Below, one piece after another: positions 37,834 to 48,019 of a stretch of DNA of 64,000 bases. Made by a program: the position numbers and the translations under genes. This DNA comes from Thermoanaerobaculia bacterium (GTDB lineage Bacteria; Acidobacteriota; Thermoanaerobaculia; UBA5066), in contig CAVRAY010000001.1 in assembly GCA_963719225.1 (NCBI GenBank), positions 2,240,001-2,304,000 of the forward strand, written 5' to 3'. The stretch's first letter is position 1; the number at the start of each line of letters is the position of its first letter. A model generated the notes under the pieces. It did not search any database and was not told where the DNA came from. It saw nothing but the letters and a program-made list of their open reading frames with translations.

Positions 37834-40371
37834 TCACGGGGCCTTGGGCGGCCGCGAGATCGTGTAAAGAGCGGCGAGACGCTCGGCGGTCGATTTGGCT
37901 TCGCGGCCCTCCAGGCCCGGGCCATCCTTCAAGGTCCCCCTCGCTTCGAGCAGAAAACGCTCGGCTTCGTCGTAGCGCCCCATCGCCGTGAAGGCTTCAC
38001 CTAGCAAGCTCTTCGCGATCGCGACGCGCCAGTCGCCTTCCCCGAAGGCATGTCGGCGGATCCGCAGCGCCTCCAGGAGCAACGGCTCGGCCTCTGCCGC
38101 CTTCTTTCGCATCAGGTATGAGCGAGCGAGGTTGACCTCGTAGGTGGCGACTTGCGGATGATCGTTGCCCAAGGCCGGCACGGCGATTTGCAGCGCCTCT
38201 TGGAGCGCGGAAACCGCTTCGTCGTACTTCCCCTGCTCTCGCAAAGGATAGGAGAGATTGTTGAGCTTGTTGGCGACGCTGGGGTGTTTGTCCCCCAGGG
38301 TCTTGCGGCTGATTGCCAGGGACTGACGAAACAGCGATTCGGCATCGGCAAAGTCATGTCTATCGGCAACGACCAGGGCCAGGTTGTTCAGTGTCGAGGA
38401 GACGTCAGGATGCTCATCGACTCGCGTCTTCCGAAAGATCGCCAGACACTGGCGGAAGAGCTCCTCGGCCCCCGAGAGCTCGCCCTTATGCCACAGGAGC
38501 AGGGCGAGCTCGTTCATGCTCGCGGCGGTATCGTGGTCCTGATTGCCGAGCGCCTTCTTCCGGATCGCTAGCGATTCTCGAAAGAGCGGCTCGGCGCGAT
38601 GATCGTTCCCCTGAGCGCTGTAGACACGGCCGAGCTCGACTAAGGTCTCCGCGACGTCCTCCTCGCGGCCCAAGGCTCTGCGCCGCATGGCGACGGCCTG
38701 CTCCAGCATCGGTGCGGCGGCGGCATAGTCGCCCTTCTCTCGCAACAGCACTCCGAGGTCGTTCAGACTCTCGGCGACCTGTTCGTGCTCCGGCCCGAAA
38801 ACGCGGCGTCGCGAGGACAGGGCCTCCTCCAGGAGCGGCCGCGCCTTGTCGTACTCGCCGAGGCGCTGGTACGTGCGGCCCATCACGGACAGCATCTCGG
38901 CTTTCACCTCCGGCTCGCCCGCTAGCTCTTTCCTGACGCGCGCCGCTCCCGCGTCGAGGAGGCCCCGGACGGTGACCTCCTGCGCATCTTTGCGGGACGC
39001 GTAGGGATCGGCTCCCGTCAGCAGTCCCGTCAACAGCTCGCTGACCTTTGCGGCTTTCTGTGCCTCCAGGCGAGCACGGTCCCGTTCCCTGGCCAGCCGC
39101 ACGGTGTAGAAGCCGACCAGGGCCGTCAGCAGCAGGACCACGGCCGCCGCCGACGCCACGCCACTCCGGTGTCGGCGGGCGAACTTCCTTGCTCGATAAG
39201 CGAGCGTGTCGGACCTGGCCCTGATCGGTTCGTCGGCAAGATACCGACGCACGTCGTCTGCAAGGGCGGTGACCGACGCGTAGCGCTCGGCGGGGTTCTT
39301 CTTCAGCGCCTTGGCGACGATCGTGTCGAGGTCCCCATGGAGGTCGCGGCGCAATCCCTCCGGTGTCGCGTTGCGCAGGGCGGCGTTCCGTTCGAGCGCC
39401 TCCGCCGTCTGACCCTTCGCCACGACGACTACGTCGGAAAGCCTCGGAGGCTCCGCGTCCACGATGGCGCGGACCAGTTCGGCAGGCGAGGAGAGCGCGA
39501 CCTCGGCCGGATGCCGGCCGCCCAGCAGCAGATAGAGCAGCACGCCCAAGGAATAGATGTCGGTCGCGGTCGTGATCGCGCCGCCGGTCACCTGCTCGGG
39601 CGCGGCGTACTCGGGGGTCAGCGCCCGTCCCCCCTCTCGCGTGAGCGCCGTGGCCGCTCCCGCGCCCCCCTCCTCTTCGAGCAGCTTCGCGATGCCGAAG
39701 TCGAGCAGCTTCACTTGCCCGCTCGTCGCCACGAGCACGTTCGACGGCTTGATGTCCCGGTGCACGATCAGGTTCGCGTGCGCATGCGCCACGGCGGCGA
39801 GCACCTCCAGGAAGAGGCGCAACCTTCCGTCGACGTCCAACGCCTTGCCGTCGCAGTAGCGATCGATCTGCTCGCCTTCGACGTACTCGAGCACGAGATA
39901 GGGCTGTCCAATGGAGGACACGCCCGCGTCGATCAGCCGCGCGATGTTCGGGTGCGTGAGGCGCGCCAAAAAGGTTCCCTCACGTTCGAAACGCGCTTCG
40001 CCCGCGCGGCCGACGAGGCTCACGTTCAGGAGCTTCACCGCCGCCTGGCCCTCGAAGCGGCCGTCGCTCCGCCGGGCAAGCCAGACGCTGCCCATGCCTC
40101 CCTGGCCGATGGGCGAGATCAGCGTGTAGGCGCCGATCGTCTGGCCCGCCAGGGATGCCGACGCGGGAGGCTTCAGGGCATCGTCTTCGAGGAAGCCTTC
40201 CCGGCTGAGAGTGCGTCGTTCCTCGAGAAGAGCCTCCACCTCGGAGGCCAGGTCCGGATCCTCCGCGCGCAGAGACTCCAGCCAGGCCTCCCGCTCGCCA
40301 TCCGCAATCTCCAGCGCGCGGTCCAGGTAGGGACTCACGATCCGCCAGCGATCCCTGCTCTCCGAGGACAC
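37834..40371 (-). CDS. Ser/Thr kinase + TM + TPR (ECF-associated type)
   Basis: GQGGMG.VWLARR.DG.F, HRDIKPSN, DFG, TPEYAAPEQ, GDLDTI..KAL; many TPRs; GTG start 40371. Confidence 0.92.
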   Translation of the reverse strand: MSSESRDRWRIVSPYLDRALEIADGEREAWLESLRAEDPDLASEVEALLEERRTLSREGFLEDDALKPPASASLAGQTIGAYTLISPIGQGGMGSVWLARRSDGRFEGQAAVKLLNVSLVGRAGEARFEREGTFLARLTHPNIARLIDAGVSSIGQPYLVLEYVEGEQIDRYCDGKALDVDGRLRLFLEVLAAVAHAHANLIVHRDIKPSNVLVATSGQVKLLDFGIAKLLEEEGGAGAATALTREGGRALTPEYAAPEQVTGGAITTATDIYSLGVLLYLLLGGRHPAEVALSSPAELVRAIVDAEPPRLSDVVVVAKGQTAEALERNAALRNATPEGLRRDLHGDLDTIVAKALKKNPAERYASVTALADDVRRYLADEPIRARSDTLAYRARKFARRHRSGVASAAAVVLLLTALVGFYTVRLARERDRARLEAQKAAKVSELLTGLLTGADPYASRKDAQEVTVRGLLDAGAARVRKELAGEPEVKAEMLSVMGRTYQRLGEYDKARPLLEEALSSRRRVFGPEHEQVAESLNDLGVLLREKGDYAAAAPMLEQAVAMRRRALGREEDVAETLVELGRVYSAQGNDHRAEPLFRESLAIRKKALGNQDHDTAASMNELALLLWHKGELSGAEELFRQCLAIFRKTRVDEHPDVSSTLNNLALVVADRHDFADAESLFRQSLAISRKTLGDKHPSVANKLNNLSYPLREQGKYDEAVSALQEALQIAVPALGNDHPQVATYEVNLARSYLMRKKAAEAEPLLLEALRIRRHAFGEGDWRVAIAKSLLGEAFTAMGRYDEAERFLLEARGTLKDGPGLEGREAKSTAERLAALYTISRPPKAP

Positions 40372-40387
40372 GGCTACGCTCCCGAGC

Positions 40388-40954
40388 TCACGCGGGGGCC
40401 ACCTGCTGGATCTCGCGGTGAAGATAGATGCGCGCCTTCTCCCAGCGGCGCTGCACGGTCCGTTCCGACAAGCCGCGCATCGCGGCGATCTCCGCAAACG
40501 AGAAGCCGCAGAAGAATTTCAGATCGACGACCTCGGCGAGTGACGCGTCGACGGAGGCCAGGCCGTCGAGCGCCGTGCTGATCCGGACCAGTTCGCTTTC
40601 ATCCGCGACGGCTTCGGCAACCGCGTCACCAACCGACGTGATCTCGAAGCCGCCGCCGCGTTTTTGCGCCTGCCGGCTGCGGGAGTAGTCGATGATGAGG
40701 CCGCGCATCACCTTCGCGGCATAGGCCATGAAGCGACCTTCGTCCGGGAAGCTCGCAGCTTCGCGTCCCGCGATGTTGAGGTATGCCTCGTGGAGCAGCG
40801 TCGTCGGGCTCAGCGTGACGGAAGGTCCTCTTCGCGCCAACTGATTCTTCGCGAGCCGGTGCAGCTCCGAGTAGAGCGAGGCGAAGAGCGCGTCCGCCGC
40901 GGATCGGTCGCCGGACTCGGTCGAGAGGATGAGCGAAGAGATGGTGTGCTTCAT
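40388..40954 (-). CDS. ECF RNA polymerase sigma factor, kinase-associated (ECF43-like)
   Basis: LYSELHRLA, TLSPTTLLHEAYL, MRGLIIDY.R...AQKRGG, VDLKFFCG, ERTVQR.W.KAR. Confidence 0.9.
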   Translation of the reverse strand: MKHTISSLILSTESGDRSAADALFASLYSELHRLAKNQLARRGPSVTLSPTTLLHEAYLNIAGREAASFPDEGRFMAYAAKVMRGLIIDYSRSRQAQKRGGGFEITSVGDAVAEAVADESELVRISTALDGLASVDASLAEVVDLKFFCGFSFAEIAAMRGLSERTVQRRWEKARIYLHREIQQVAPA

Positions 40955-41179
40955 CGGTTCTCATCCAGAACCAAGAACGTTCCGATGCTACTCCGCACCG
41001 AACGCAGGTGACAGAAATTACGGTCGGAGCGGTGCTCAGATTCCTTGTCGTCTTTTCCCTTCCGATTTCGATGGTCCAGCCCTTGTCGTCCTTCCCCTTC
41101 GAATTCCGATTCTCTGAGTGAGCGGCGACCATCCGCCCCCCGCGGATGGCGTCCCGGAATCGGCGAGAGGGAGGAAGCA

Positions 41180-42637
41180 ATGAAGACCTCGAGAACCGTG
41201 GAGGGAGCGATGTCCGAGAACACCCGCAAGACACGTGTGGGTCGAGTGTCCGGCTTCTGCCTGGCGGCCACACTCCTGGCAGCCGCGGGAACGAAGTCCT
41301 GGATCGCGTCGAGCGAGAGCAAGCACGATTTTCTCGAGCCGTTCGTGAACCCGACCGGCGCGGCCCAGACCTTCTCGACCGCCGGCCGCATCGACACCGA
41401 CAACCCTTTCTTCCAGGACCTCGGCACGAACGGGCGAACGTGCTTCACGTGCCACCGCCCCGAGAGCGGATGGACCATCACGCCGGCAGGCGTGCGGGAG
41501 CGCTTCGAGGCCACCGCCGGGCTCGACCCGATCTTCCGGACGAACGACGGCTCGAACTCGCCGAATGCAGACGTGGTGACCGTCGAAGCACGCCGAAACG
41601 CCTACAGCATGCTCCTCTCCAAGGGCCTCATCCGGGTCGGGATCGGCATTCCCGCCGACGCCGAGTTCACGCTCGATGCGGTGGACGACCCTTACGGGTT
41701 CGCGACGAGCCACGAGCTCTCGCTTTTCCGGCGTCCCCCTCCTTCCTCGAATCTGGCTTTCCTCAGCACGGTCATGCTCGACGGCCGCGAGACGTTCCCC
41801 GGGCAGACGATCGCCTTCGACCTATCGCACCAGGCGAATGAAGCCACGATGGGACACGCGCAAGCGAGCGTCCCGCTCTCGAACGAGCAGCGGGACCAGA
41901 TCGTCGCCTTCGAGACGGGGCTGTTCACGGCCCAGGTCTACGACATTGCCGCCGGAGATCTGAAGAGTCAGGGCGCGAAGGGCGGACCGAAGGCTCTGTC
42001 GAGGCAGGAGTTCTACATCGGGATCAACGACCCGCTGGGGCTGAATCCCACGGGGGCGCCATTCAGTCCGATCGTCTTCACCGACTTTTCGGCCTGGGCG
42101 AGGCTCAAGAGCAGTCACGGGGACGACGCCGACGAAGAGGACGAAAACGAGGGACGGACGGCGGCGCGGCTGACCGTGGCGCGGGGCGAAAAGCTGTTCA
42201 ACAGCAAGCGGATCAACATCACGGGAGTCAAGGGCCTCAACGACGACCTCGGCGTCGTGAGCATCCCGGGCACGTGCGGCACGTGTCACGACTCGCCGAA
42301 CGTCGGCGACCACTCCGTGGCGGCGCCCCTCGACATCGGCCTCTCCGACGCCTCGCGCCGGACACCCGACATGCCCCTCTACACGCTCAAGAGAAAGACG
42401 ACCGGCGAGACCGTCCAGACGACCGACCCCGGCAGGGCTCTCGTGTCCGGCCGGTGGAAGGATATCGGCCGGTTCAAGGGGCCGATCCTGCGCGGCCTCG
42501 CGGCCCGGGCGCCTTACTTCCACGACGGCTCGGCCGCCACGCTTGCCGATGCGGTGCGGTTCTACAACAACCGCTTCACCATCGGGCTGACGGAAGCAGA
42601 GGTTTCGGACCTCGTCGCGTTCCTGCGGGTCCAGTGA
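41180..42637 (+). CDS. Secreted di-heme cytochrome c peroxidase/MauG superfamily protein (start 41180 or 41210)
   Basis: Two heme-binding motifs CFTCH and CGTCH; DPGR, FKGPILRGL..RAPYFHDGS, AVRFYN. Confidence 0.85.
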   Translation: MKTSRTVEGAMSENTRKTRVGRVSGFCLAATLLAAAGTKSWIASSESKHDFLEPFVNPTGAAQTFSTAGRIDTDNPFFQDLGTNGRTCFTCHRPESGWTITPAGVRERFEATAGLDPIFRTNDGSNSPNADVVTVEARRNAYSMLLSKGLIRVGIGIPADAEFTLDAVDDPYGFATSHELSLFRRPPPSSNLAFLSTVMLDGRETFPGQTIAFDLSHQANEATMGHAQASVPLSNEQRDQIVAFETGLFTAQVYDIAAGDLKSQGAKGGPKALSRQEFYIGINDPLGLNPTGAPFSPIVFTDFSAWARLKSSHGDDADEEDENEGRTAARLTVARGEKLFNSKRINITGVKGLNDDLGVVSIPGTCGTCHDSPNVGDHSVAAPLDIGLSDASRRTPDMPLYTLKRKTTGETVQTTDPGRALVSGRWKDIGRFKGPILRGLAARAPYFHDGSAATLADAVRFYNNRFTIGLTEAEVSDLVAFLRVQ

Positions 42638-42750
42638 TGGATTCGAACGCCGGTGCGGAGCCTTCAATCGCCGTCTAGCAACTGCCATGCTTCTGCTATA
42701 AACGCCGGATGGGCGGATCCAGGCCGAGCGCGAAGGGCCACGGGTCGAGG

Positions 42751-43549
42751 ATGCCCGAGGAGCGCTGGTATGTCCTGATCCACCAGCTCCCGCCGACGCC
42801 GCTCTACCTCCGAGCGAAGGTGCGGAATCGGCTCTCGAAGGTTGGAGCCGTCGCTTTGAAGAACTCCGTCTACGTCCTCCCGCAGACGGACGACTGTCTG
42901 GAAGACCTCCAGTGGATCGTCGAGGAGGCGGTCGCGGGAGGCGGGGAGGCGTTCGTCAGCGAGGCCCGCTTCGTGACCGGAATCTCGAACGAGGCGCTCG
43001 TGAAGCTCTTCCAGGGCCAGCGCCAGGCCGATTACGCGGCGCTTTCGGGTGAAATTCGAGAAGCCCTCTCCAGCCTGAAGCAGCGGAGCGGGGTGAACCC
43101 TCCGGAGCAGGATCTCAGGGGGAGCGCTCGCCCGCTTCAAGAAGAGGCTGGACGAGATCAAGGCGACGCGCCGCGGCATCCAGGTCGACCGCATCGCGTC
43201 CGCATGGCTGGTCCGCCGGTTCATCGATCCGACGGCGCGGTTCCGTTTCGTCGAGCCGAAGTCGGCCGCGGCCGTTCCGGGAGAGATCCGTTTCGACATG
43301 GTGCCGGGCGATTTCACGCACGAGGGCGACCATTGCACCTTCGAGACCCTCGTCGCGAAGACGAACGTCGGCGATCCCGCCGTCTCGCAGATCGCCGAGA
43401 TCGTCCATGACATCGACTTGAAGGACGGCAAGTACGGTTGCACCGATGCGCCCGGGATCCAGCGCCTGCTACTCGGCCTCGTCCTCTCTCACCCGGCGGA
43501 CGAAGACCGGCTCGCGCGCGCGTTCGCGTTGTTCGACGACTTGTACTGA
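42751..43549 (+). pseudogene. chrB: Chromate resistance protein ChrB, frameshifted and internally deleted
   Basis: W..LIHQLP..P.YLR.KV..RL..GAV.LKNSVYVLP (ChrB_N); +1 shift in the G5 run 43118-43122; TR...VDRIASAWL.RRFIDP, FTHEGD.CTFE, IAEIVHDIDLKDGKY (ChrB_C). Confidence 0.8.
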
Positions 43550-43565
43550 TCCTTCTCGAGCGCCG

Positions 43566-46500
43566 TCAGCCGGCCGGCTCAGCGAGAGCGGGGACCTCTG
43601 GCTTCCTCTCCTCAGCTCCCGCCGGAATCGCCTTGTGCGTCCGAGCCACGAGGACGTAGATCGACGGCACGACGAAGAGCGTGAACGCGGAGCCGATGAT
43701 CATGCCGCTGACGAGCATGATGCCGATCGAGTTGCGCGCGCCCGCTCCCGGGCCTCGCGCGAAGACGAGCGGGAGGTGGCCCATGACCGTCGCGGCCGTC
43801 GTCATGAGGATCGGCCTGAGACGCGTGCTCGCCGACTCGATGACCGCCTCCAGCTTCTCTTTCCCCGCCTCCTGGAGCTTGTTCGCGAACTCCACGATGA
43901 GGATCCCGTTCTTGGACACGAGGCCGACGAGCGTGATGAGTCCGACCTGGCTGAAGATGTTGAGCGTCGTCAGCCCGAGGAACGAGAACAGCAGCGAGCC
44001 CGACAGGGCGAGCGGGACCGACCCCGCGAGGACGATGAACGGGTCGCGGAAGCTCTCGAACTGCGCGGCGAGCACGAGATAGATCAGGATCCCCGAAAGC
44101 AGGAACGTGCCGAGGAACTTGCCGCCTTCGGTGCGCAGCTGTCGCGATTCGCCCGCGTAGTCGATCGTGAAACCCTTCGGCAGGATGCGCCGGGCCTCGT
44201 CTTCGAGGACGCGCAAGGCGTTGTCGAGCGAGACTCCCGGCGGGATAACCCCCTGGATGCGCACGGCATTCAGCTGCTGGAACCTCTTCAGCTCACGCGG
44301 CTCGGCCGAGGTCTTGAGAGTTGCGAAGGTCGACAGAGGGACGAGCTTGTTGTCCGCCCCGGTGACGTAAACCTGCTCGAGCTGGTCGGGCGTCAGGCGC
44401 TCGGTACGCTTGAGCTGCGGGATGACCTTGTAGCTGCGCCCCTGGATACTGAACCGGTTCACGTAGTCGCCGCCGAGGAGCGTCGAGAGATCCCGGCCGG
44501 CCTGGCTCAGGCTGACGCCCTGCGCTCTCAGCTTGTCGCGGTCGAAGACGATCTCGGCCTGCGGCTGGTCGAACTTGAGGTCCGCGTCGGCGAACATGAA
44601 GAGGCCGCTCTGGAAGGCCTTTCCCACGAGCTTGTTCGCGAACTCCGTGAGGCGCGCCGGCTCGGCGGTCGAGGCGATGACGAGGTCCACCGGAAAGTCT
44701 CCACCGCCCGGCAGGGCCGGCGGGGTCAGCGATATGACGCGCACGCCCGGGATCTTCGAGAGCTGAGCCGCGGCTTCCACCTGGAGCTGCTCGGTGCTCT
44801 TCTTCCTCGCGCTCCAGGGCTTCGTGACCATGCCGCCGAACCCCCCGTTCGGAAACGTGATCTGGAAGATGCTCTCGCTTTCCGGAAACGACCTGTAGAC
44901 GTCGTGGACCTGCGAGGCGAAGAGTTTCGTCTGGTCGATCGTCGCGTTCGGCGCCGCCTGGATGATCCCGAAGACGACGCTCTGGTCCTCCTTCGGCGCC
45001 AGCTCCTTCTGCGAGAACATGTAGAAGGGCACGCTCAGGGCCGCCACGATGATCCACAGCACGAAGACGACCGGCCGATAGTTCAGCGTTCCCGTCAGCA
45101 GGCGCCCGTACGTCCGCCGCACCACGTCGAAATGCCGGTTGATCATTCCGGCGAACCCACGCTCCGAGGCGCCGGACTTGAGCAGCCTGGAGCCCATCAT
45201 CGGCGAGAGCGTGAGCGCCACGACGCCGGAGACGATCACCGCGCCCGCGAGCGTGAACGCGAACTCCCGAAACAGCGCGCCGGTCAGTCCCCCCTGGATG
45301 CCGATGGGCGCGTAAACGGCCGCGAGCGTGATCGTCATGGCGATGATCGGCCCGACGAGCTCCCGCGCCGCGCGGATCGCCGCATCGAAGGGTTTCTCGC
45401 CCAGGTGCAGGTGCCGCTCCATGTTCTCGACCATGACGATCGCGTCGTCCACGACGAGGCCGACGGAGAGCACGATGGCGAGAAGCGTCAGGAGGTTGAT
45501 CGTGAAGCCGGCCACGAGCATTAGGAAGACCGCTCCGACGAGCGAAACCGGAATCGCGACGATCGGGATGAGGACGGAGCGGAACGAGCCCAGGAAGAGG
45601 AAGATGACGACAATCACGATGAGCAGGGTCTCCGTGAGCGTCTTGAGGACTTCGTTGATGGCGTCCTGGATGTACGCCGTCGAGTCGTAGGGGATCCCCA
45701 CCTTCATCCCCGCCGGAAGCTGTGCCTGGATGTCGGGGATCGCTTCGCGGACGCTCTTGATCACGTCGAGAGAGTTCGCCGTCGGCAGCACCCAGACTCC
45801 CATGAACGTGGCGCCCTGCCCGTTGAAACGGACGTCCGACTCGTAGTCCTCGGCCCCGAGAACGACGTCGGCGATCTCGCCGAGCCTCACGACGACGCCC
45901 TTCTCCTCCTTCACGACGAGGTTGCGAAATTCCTCCACCGTCTGGAGGTTCGTGTTCGCGACCAGGTTCACGGACACCATGGAGCCCTTCGTGCGCCCGA
46001 TCGCGGCCAGGGTGTTGTTGTTCGCCAGCGCCTCGCGGACCTGGGACGCCGACAGGCCGAGCGCGGCCATCTTCTCGGGCTTGAGCCAGAGGCGCATCGC
46101 AAACGTCCGGCTGCCGAGGATGTCCGCGCGCTGGACGCCGCTGATCGCGGAGAGCTTCGGCTGGACGACGCGCGTCAGGTAGTCGGTGATCTGGTTCTGG
46201 TCGAGATCCGGCGAGGAGAAGCCGATATACATCGCGGCGAACTGCGTATCGGCGGTCTCGAGCTCGATGACGGGCGCCTGCGCCTCCGGCGGCAGGTCGT
46301 TCCGGACCTGGGCGACCTTGGCCTGGATCTGCGTGAGGGCGGCGTTCGTGTCGTAGTTCAGCTTCAGGTGCACCGTGATCGTGCTGACGCCCTGCGCGCT
46401 CGAGGACTCCAGGTAGTCGATGCCGTCGGCGCTGGCGATCACGCGCTCGAGCGGCGTCGCGATGAAGCCACGCACGAGATCCGCATTGGCCCCGACGTAG

Positions 46501-46649
46501 GCGGTCGTCACCTTGACGACGGCGATGTCGCTGCGCGGGAACTGCCTCACGGAGAGCGAGCGGATCGCCTGGAGGCCGGCGATGAAGATGACGAGGCTGA
46601 CGACGGTCGCGAGAACCGGCCGCCTGATGAAGACGTCGGTGAACTTCAT
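43566..46649 (-). CDS. RND efflux permease (AcrB/MexW-like)
   Basis: FIRRPVLA, GLVVDDAIVMVEN, VALTLSPMM, LAAQFES, KNGILIVEFA, RLRPILMT. Confidence 0.95.
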   Translation of the reverse strand: MKFTDVFIRRPVLATVVSLVIFIAGLQAIRSLSVRQFPRSDIAVVKVTTAYVGANADLVRGFIATPLERVIASADGIDYLESSSAQGVSTITVHLKLNYDTNAALTQIQAKVAQVRNDLPPEAQAPVIELETADTQFAAMYIGFSSPDLDQNQITDYLTRVVQPKLSAISGVQRADILGSRTFAMRLWLKPEKMAALGLSASQVREALANNNTLAAIGRTKGSMVSVNLVANTNLQTVEEFRNLVVKEEKGVVVRLGEIADVVLGAEDYESDVRFNGQGATFMGVWVLPTANSLDVIKSVREAIPDIQAQLPAGMKVGIPYDSTAYIQDAINEVLKTLTETLLIVIVVIFLFLGSFRSVLIPIVAIPVSLVGAVFLMLVAGFTINLLTLLAIVLSVGLVVDDAIVMVENMERHLHLGEKPFDAAIRAARELVGPIIAMTITLAAVYAPIGIQGGLTGALFREFAFTLAGAVIVSGVVALTLSPMMGSRLLKSGASERGFAGMINRHFDVVRRTYGRLLTGTLNYRPVVFVLWIIVAALSVPFYMFSQKELAPKEDQSVVFGIIQAAPNATIDQTKLFASQVHDVYRSFPESESIFQITFPNGGFGGMVTKPWSARKKSTEQLQVEAAAQLSKIPGVRVISLTPPALPGGGDFPVDLVIASTAEPARLTEFANKLVGKAFQSGLFMFADADLKFDQPQAEIVFDRDKLRAQGVSLSQAGRDLSTLLGGDYVNRFSIQGRSYKVIPQLKRTERLTPDQLEQVYVTGADNKLVPLSTFATLKTSAEPRELKRFQQLNAVRIQGVIPPGVSLDNALRVLEDEARRILPKGFTIDYAGESRQLRTEGGKFLGTFLLSGILIYLVLAAQFESFRDPFIVLAGSVPLALSGSLLFSFLGLTTLNIFSQVGLITLVGLVSKNGILIVEFANKLQEAGKEKLEAVIESASTRLRPILMTTAATVMGHLPLVFARGPGAGARNSIGIMLVSGMIIGSAFTLFVVPSIYVLVARTHKAIPAGAEERKPEVPALAEPAG

Positions 46650-47785
46650 CAGCTGTCCTCGGGCTTGGGAGCGGGGTTGTTTCCCGGTTGGACCTTGTTG
46701 TTCACCTGAACGGGGGCGCCGTTGCGGAGCTTGAAGACGCCCGAGGTCACGACTTCCTGTCCTTCCTTGATGCCCGAAACCACGGCGACCTGATCGCCGC
46801 GCGAGCCCCCGAGCTTCACGAACTGCTGCTGGACGCCCCGAAAGGTGTTCCCCTTCGGACCCTCGAACGTCACGACGGCGAACACCGAATCACCGTACGG
46901 TGCGTAGCTGATCGCGGAAGCCGGGAGCGCGATGACCCTGCTGCCAGCGCCGAGATTCGCTTCCGCTTCCACGAACATCCCCGGCTTGATCTTGCCGTGC
47001 GGGTTCGCGAACGTGGCCTGGACCTGGACGTTGCGCGTCCCTTCGGCCACGACCGAGTCGACGGCCGTGACCTTGCCCGCGAGCTCCGCCGGGGGGCCGG
47101 CCGCCGAGGCCTCCGTCCGGACGCGCACGGCCGCGCCCGGACGCACGCGGCTGACCTCCTGCTGGGGGATCGAGAAGTTGACGTAGATCGGATCGAGGGA
47201 TTGAAGCGGCACGATCTTGTCGCCGGCGGCGAGGTACTGCCCGAGGTTCACCTGGCGGATCCCGAGGATCCCGGAGAACGGCGCCCGTATCGTCTTCCGT
47301 TCGATCGTGGCCCGGATCTCGCCGACGCGGGCTTCCGCCTGCGTCCGGTCCGCGGCGGCCTTGTCGTAGTCCGCCTGCGCGATGACACCCTTCTCCCTCA
47401 GCCCGCCGAGCCGGTCGAAGCTCAGGCGGGCCAGCTTGAGCTGCGCCTCGGCGGCGGCAAGCTGCGCGCGCTCCTGCCTCGCGTCCAGCTGCACGAGGAT
47501 CGCGCCGCGGGCCACCGCCCTTCCGGACTCGATGTTGATTCGATCGACGATGCCGGGGAGGTCCGCGCTGACCGTGACGCCCTGAACCGCGACGGCGGTC
47601 CCGATCGAGTTCAGGTTCGCCGGCCACTCTTCGCCCTTGGCGACCACCGTCGTCACCGCCTCGGGAGGCGGCTGAAAAGACGAGTTCTTGGCCATGGCCG
47701 CGCGCACCTGCTGGAACTTCAGAGTGCCGATGACCGCGATGAACGCGGCCGCGACGAGCAACATGAGGGTCATCCGCTTTTTCAT
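46649..47785 (-). CDS. RND efflux periplasmic adaptor (MFP)
   Basis: N-terminal anchor; IRAPFSGILGIRQV.LG, KPGMF, GQEVVTSG..KL. Confidence 0.93.
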   Translation of the reverse strand: MKKRMTLMLLVAAAFIAVIGTLKFQQVRAAMAKNSSFQPPPEAVTTVVAKGEEWPANLNSIGTAVAVQGVTVSADLPGIVDRINIESGRAVARGAILVQLDARQERAQLAAAEAQLKLARLSFDRLGGLREKGVIAQADYDKAAADRTQAEARVGEIRATIERKTIRAPFSGILGIRQVNLGQYLAAGDKIVPLQSLDPIYVNFSIPQQEVSRVRPGAAVRVRTEASAAGPPAELAGKVTAVDSVVAEGTRNVQVQATFANPHGKIKPGMFVEAEANLGAGSRVIALPASAISYAPYGDSVFAVVTFEGPKGNTFRGVQQQFVKLGGSRGDQVAVVSGIKEGQEVVTSGVFKLRNGAPVQVNNKVQPGNNPAPKPEDS

Positions 47786-48019
47786 GAGCCGGGACCTCCC
47801 GATGGAAAGTCCTACAGACTTCATGCCACGGAGTCGTCACAAGGTGAATGCGACTGAGATTCAGTGTTGAGAACGACTTAAGCGAGGGGATGTCAAAAGG
47901 GCGGTGGCCCCGCTCGCGAGCCGGCTCGCAGATTTTTCAGCGAGGTGTCCGGAAATCGACGTCCGAGCTCCAGAGGGCGCTCCACTAGAATCGAGAGCGA
48001 GAGGCTTCGAGACGACGTC

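Noticed and set aside
43566-47785. RND pump without an outer-membrane factor gene
   Set aside because: A common arrangement; TolC-like partners are often encoded elsewhere.
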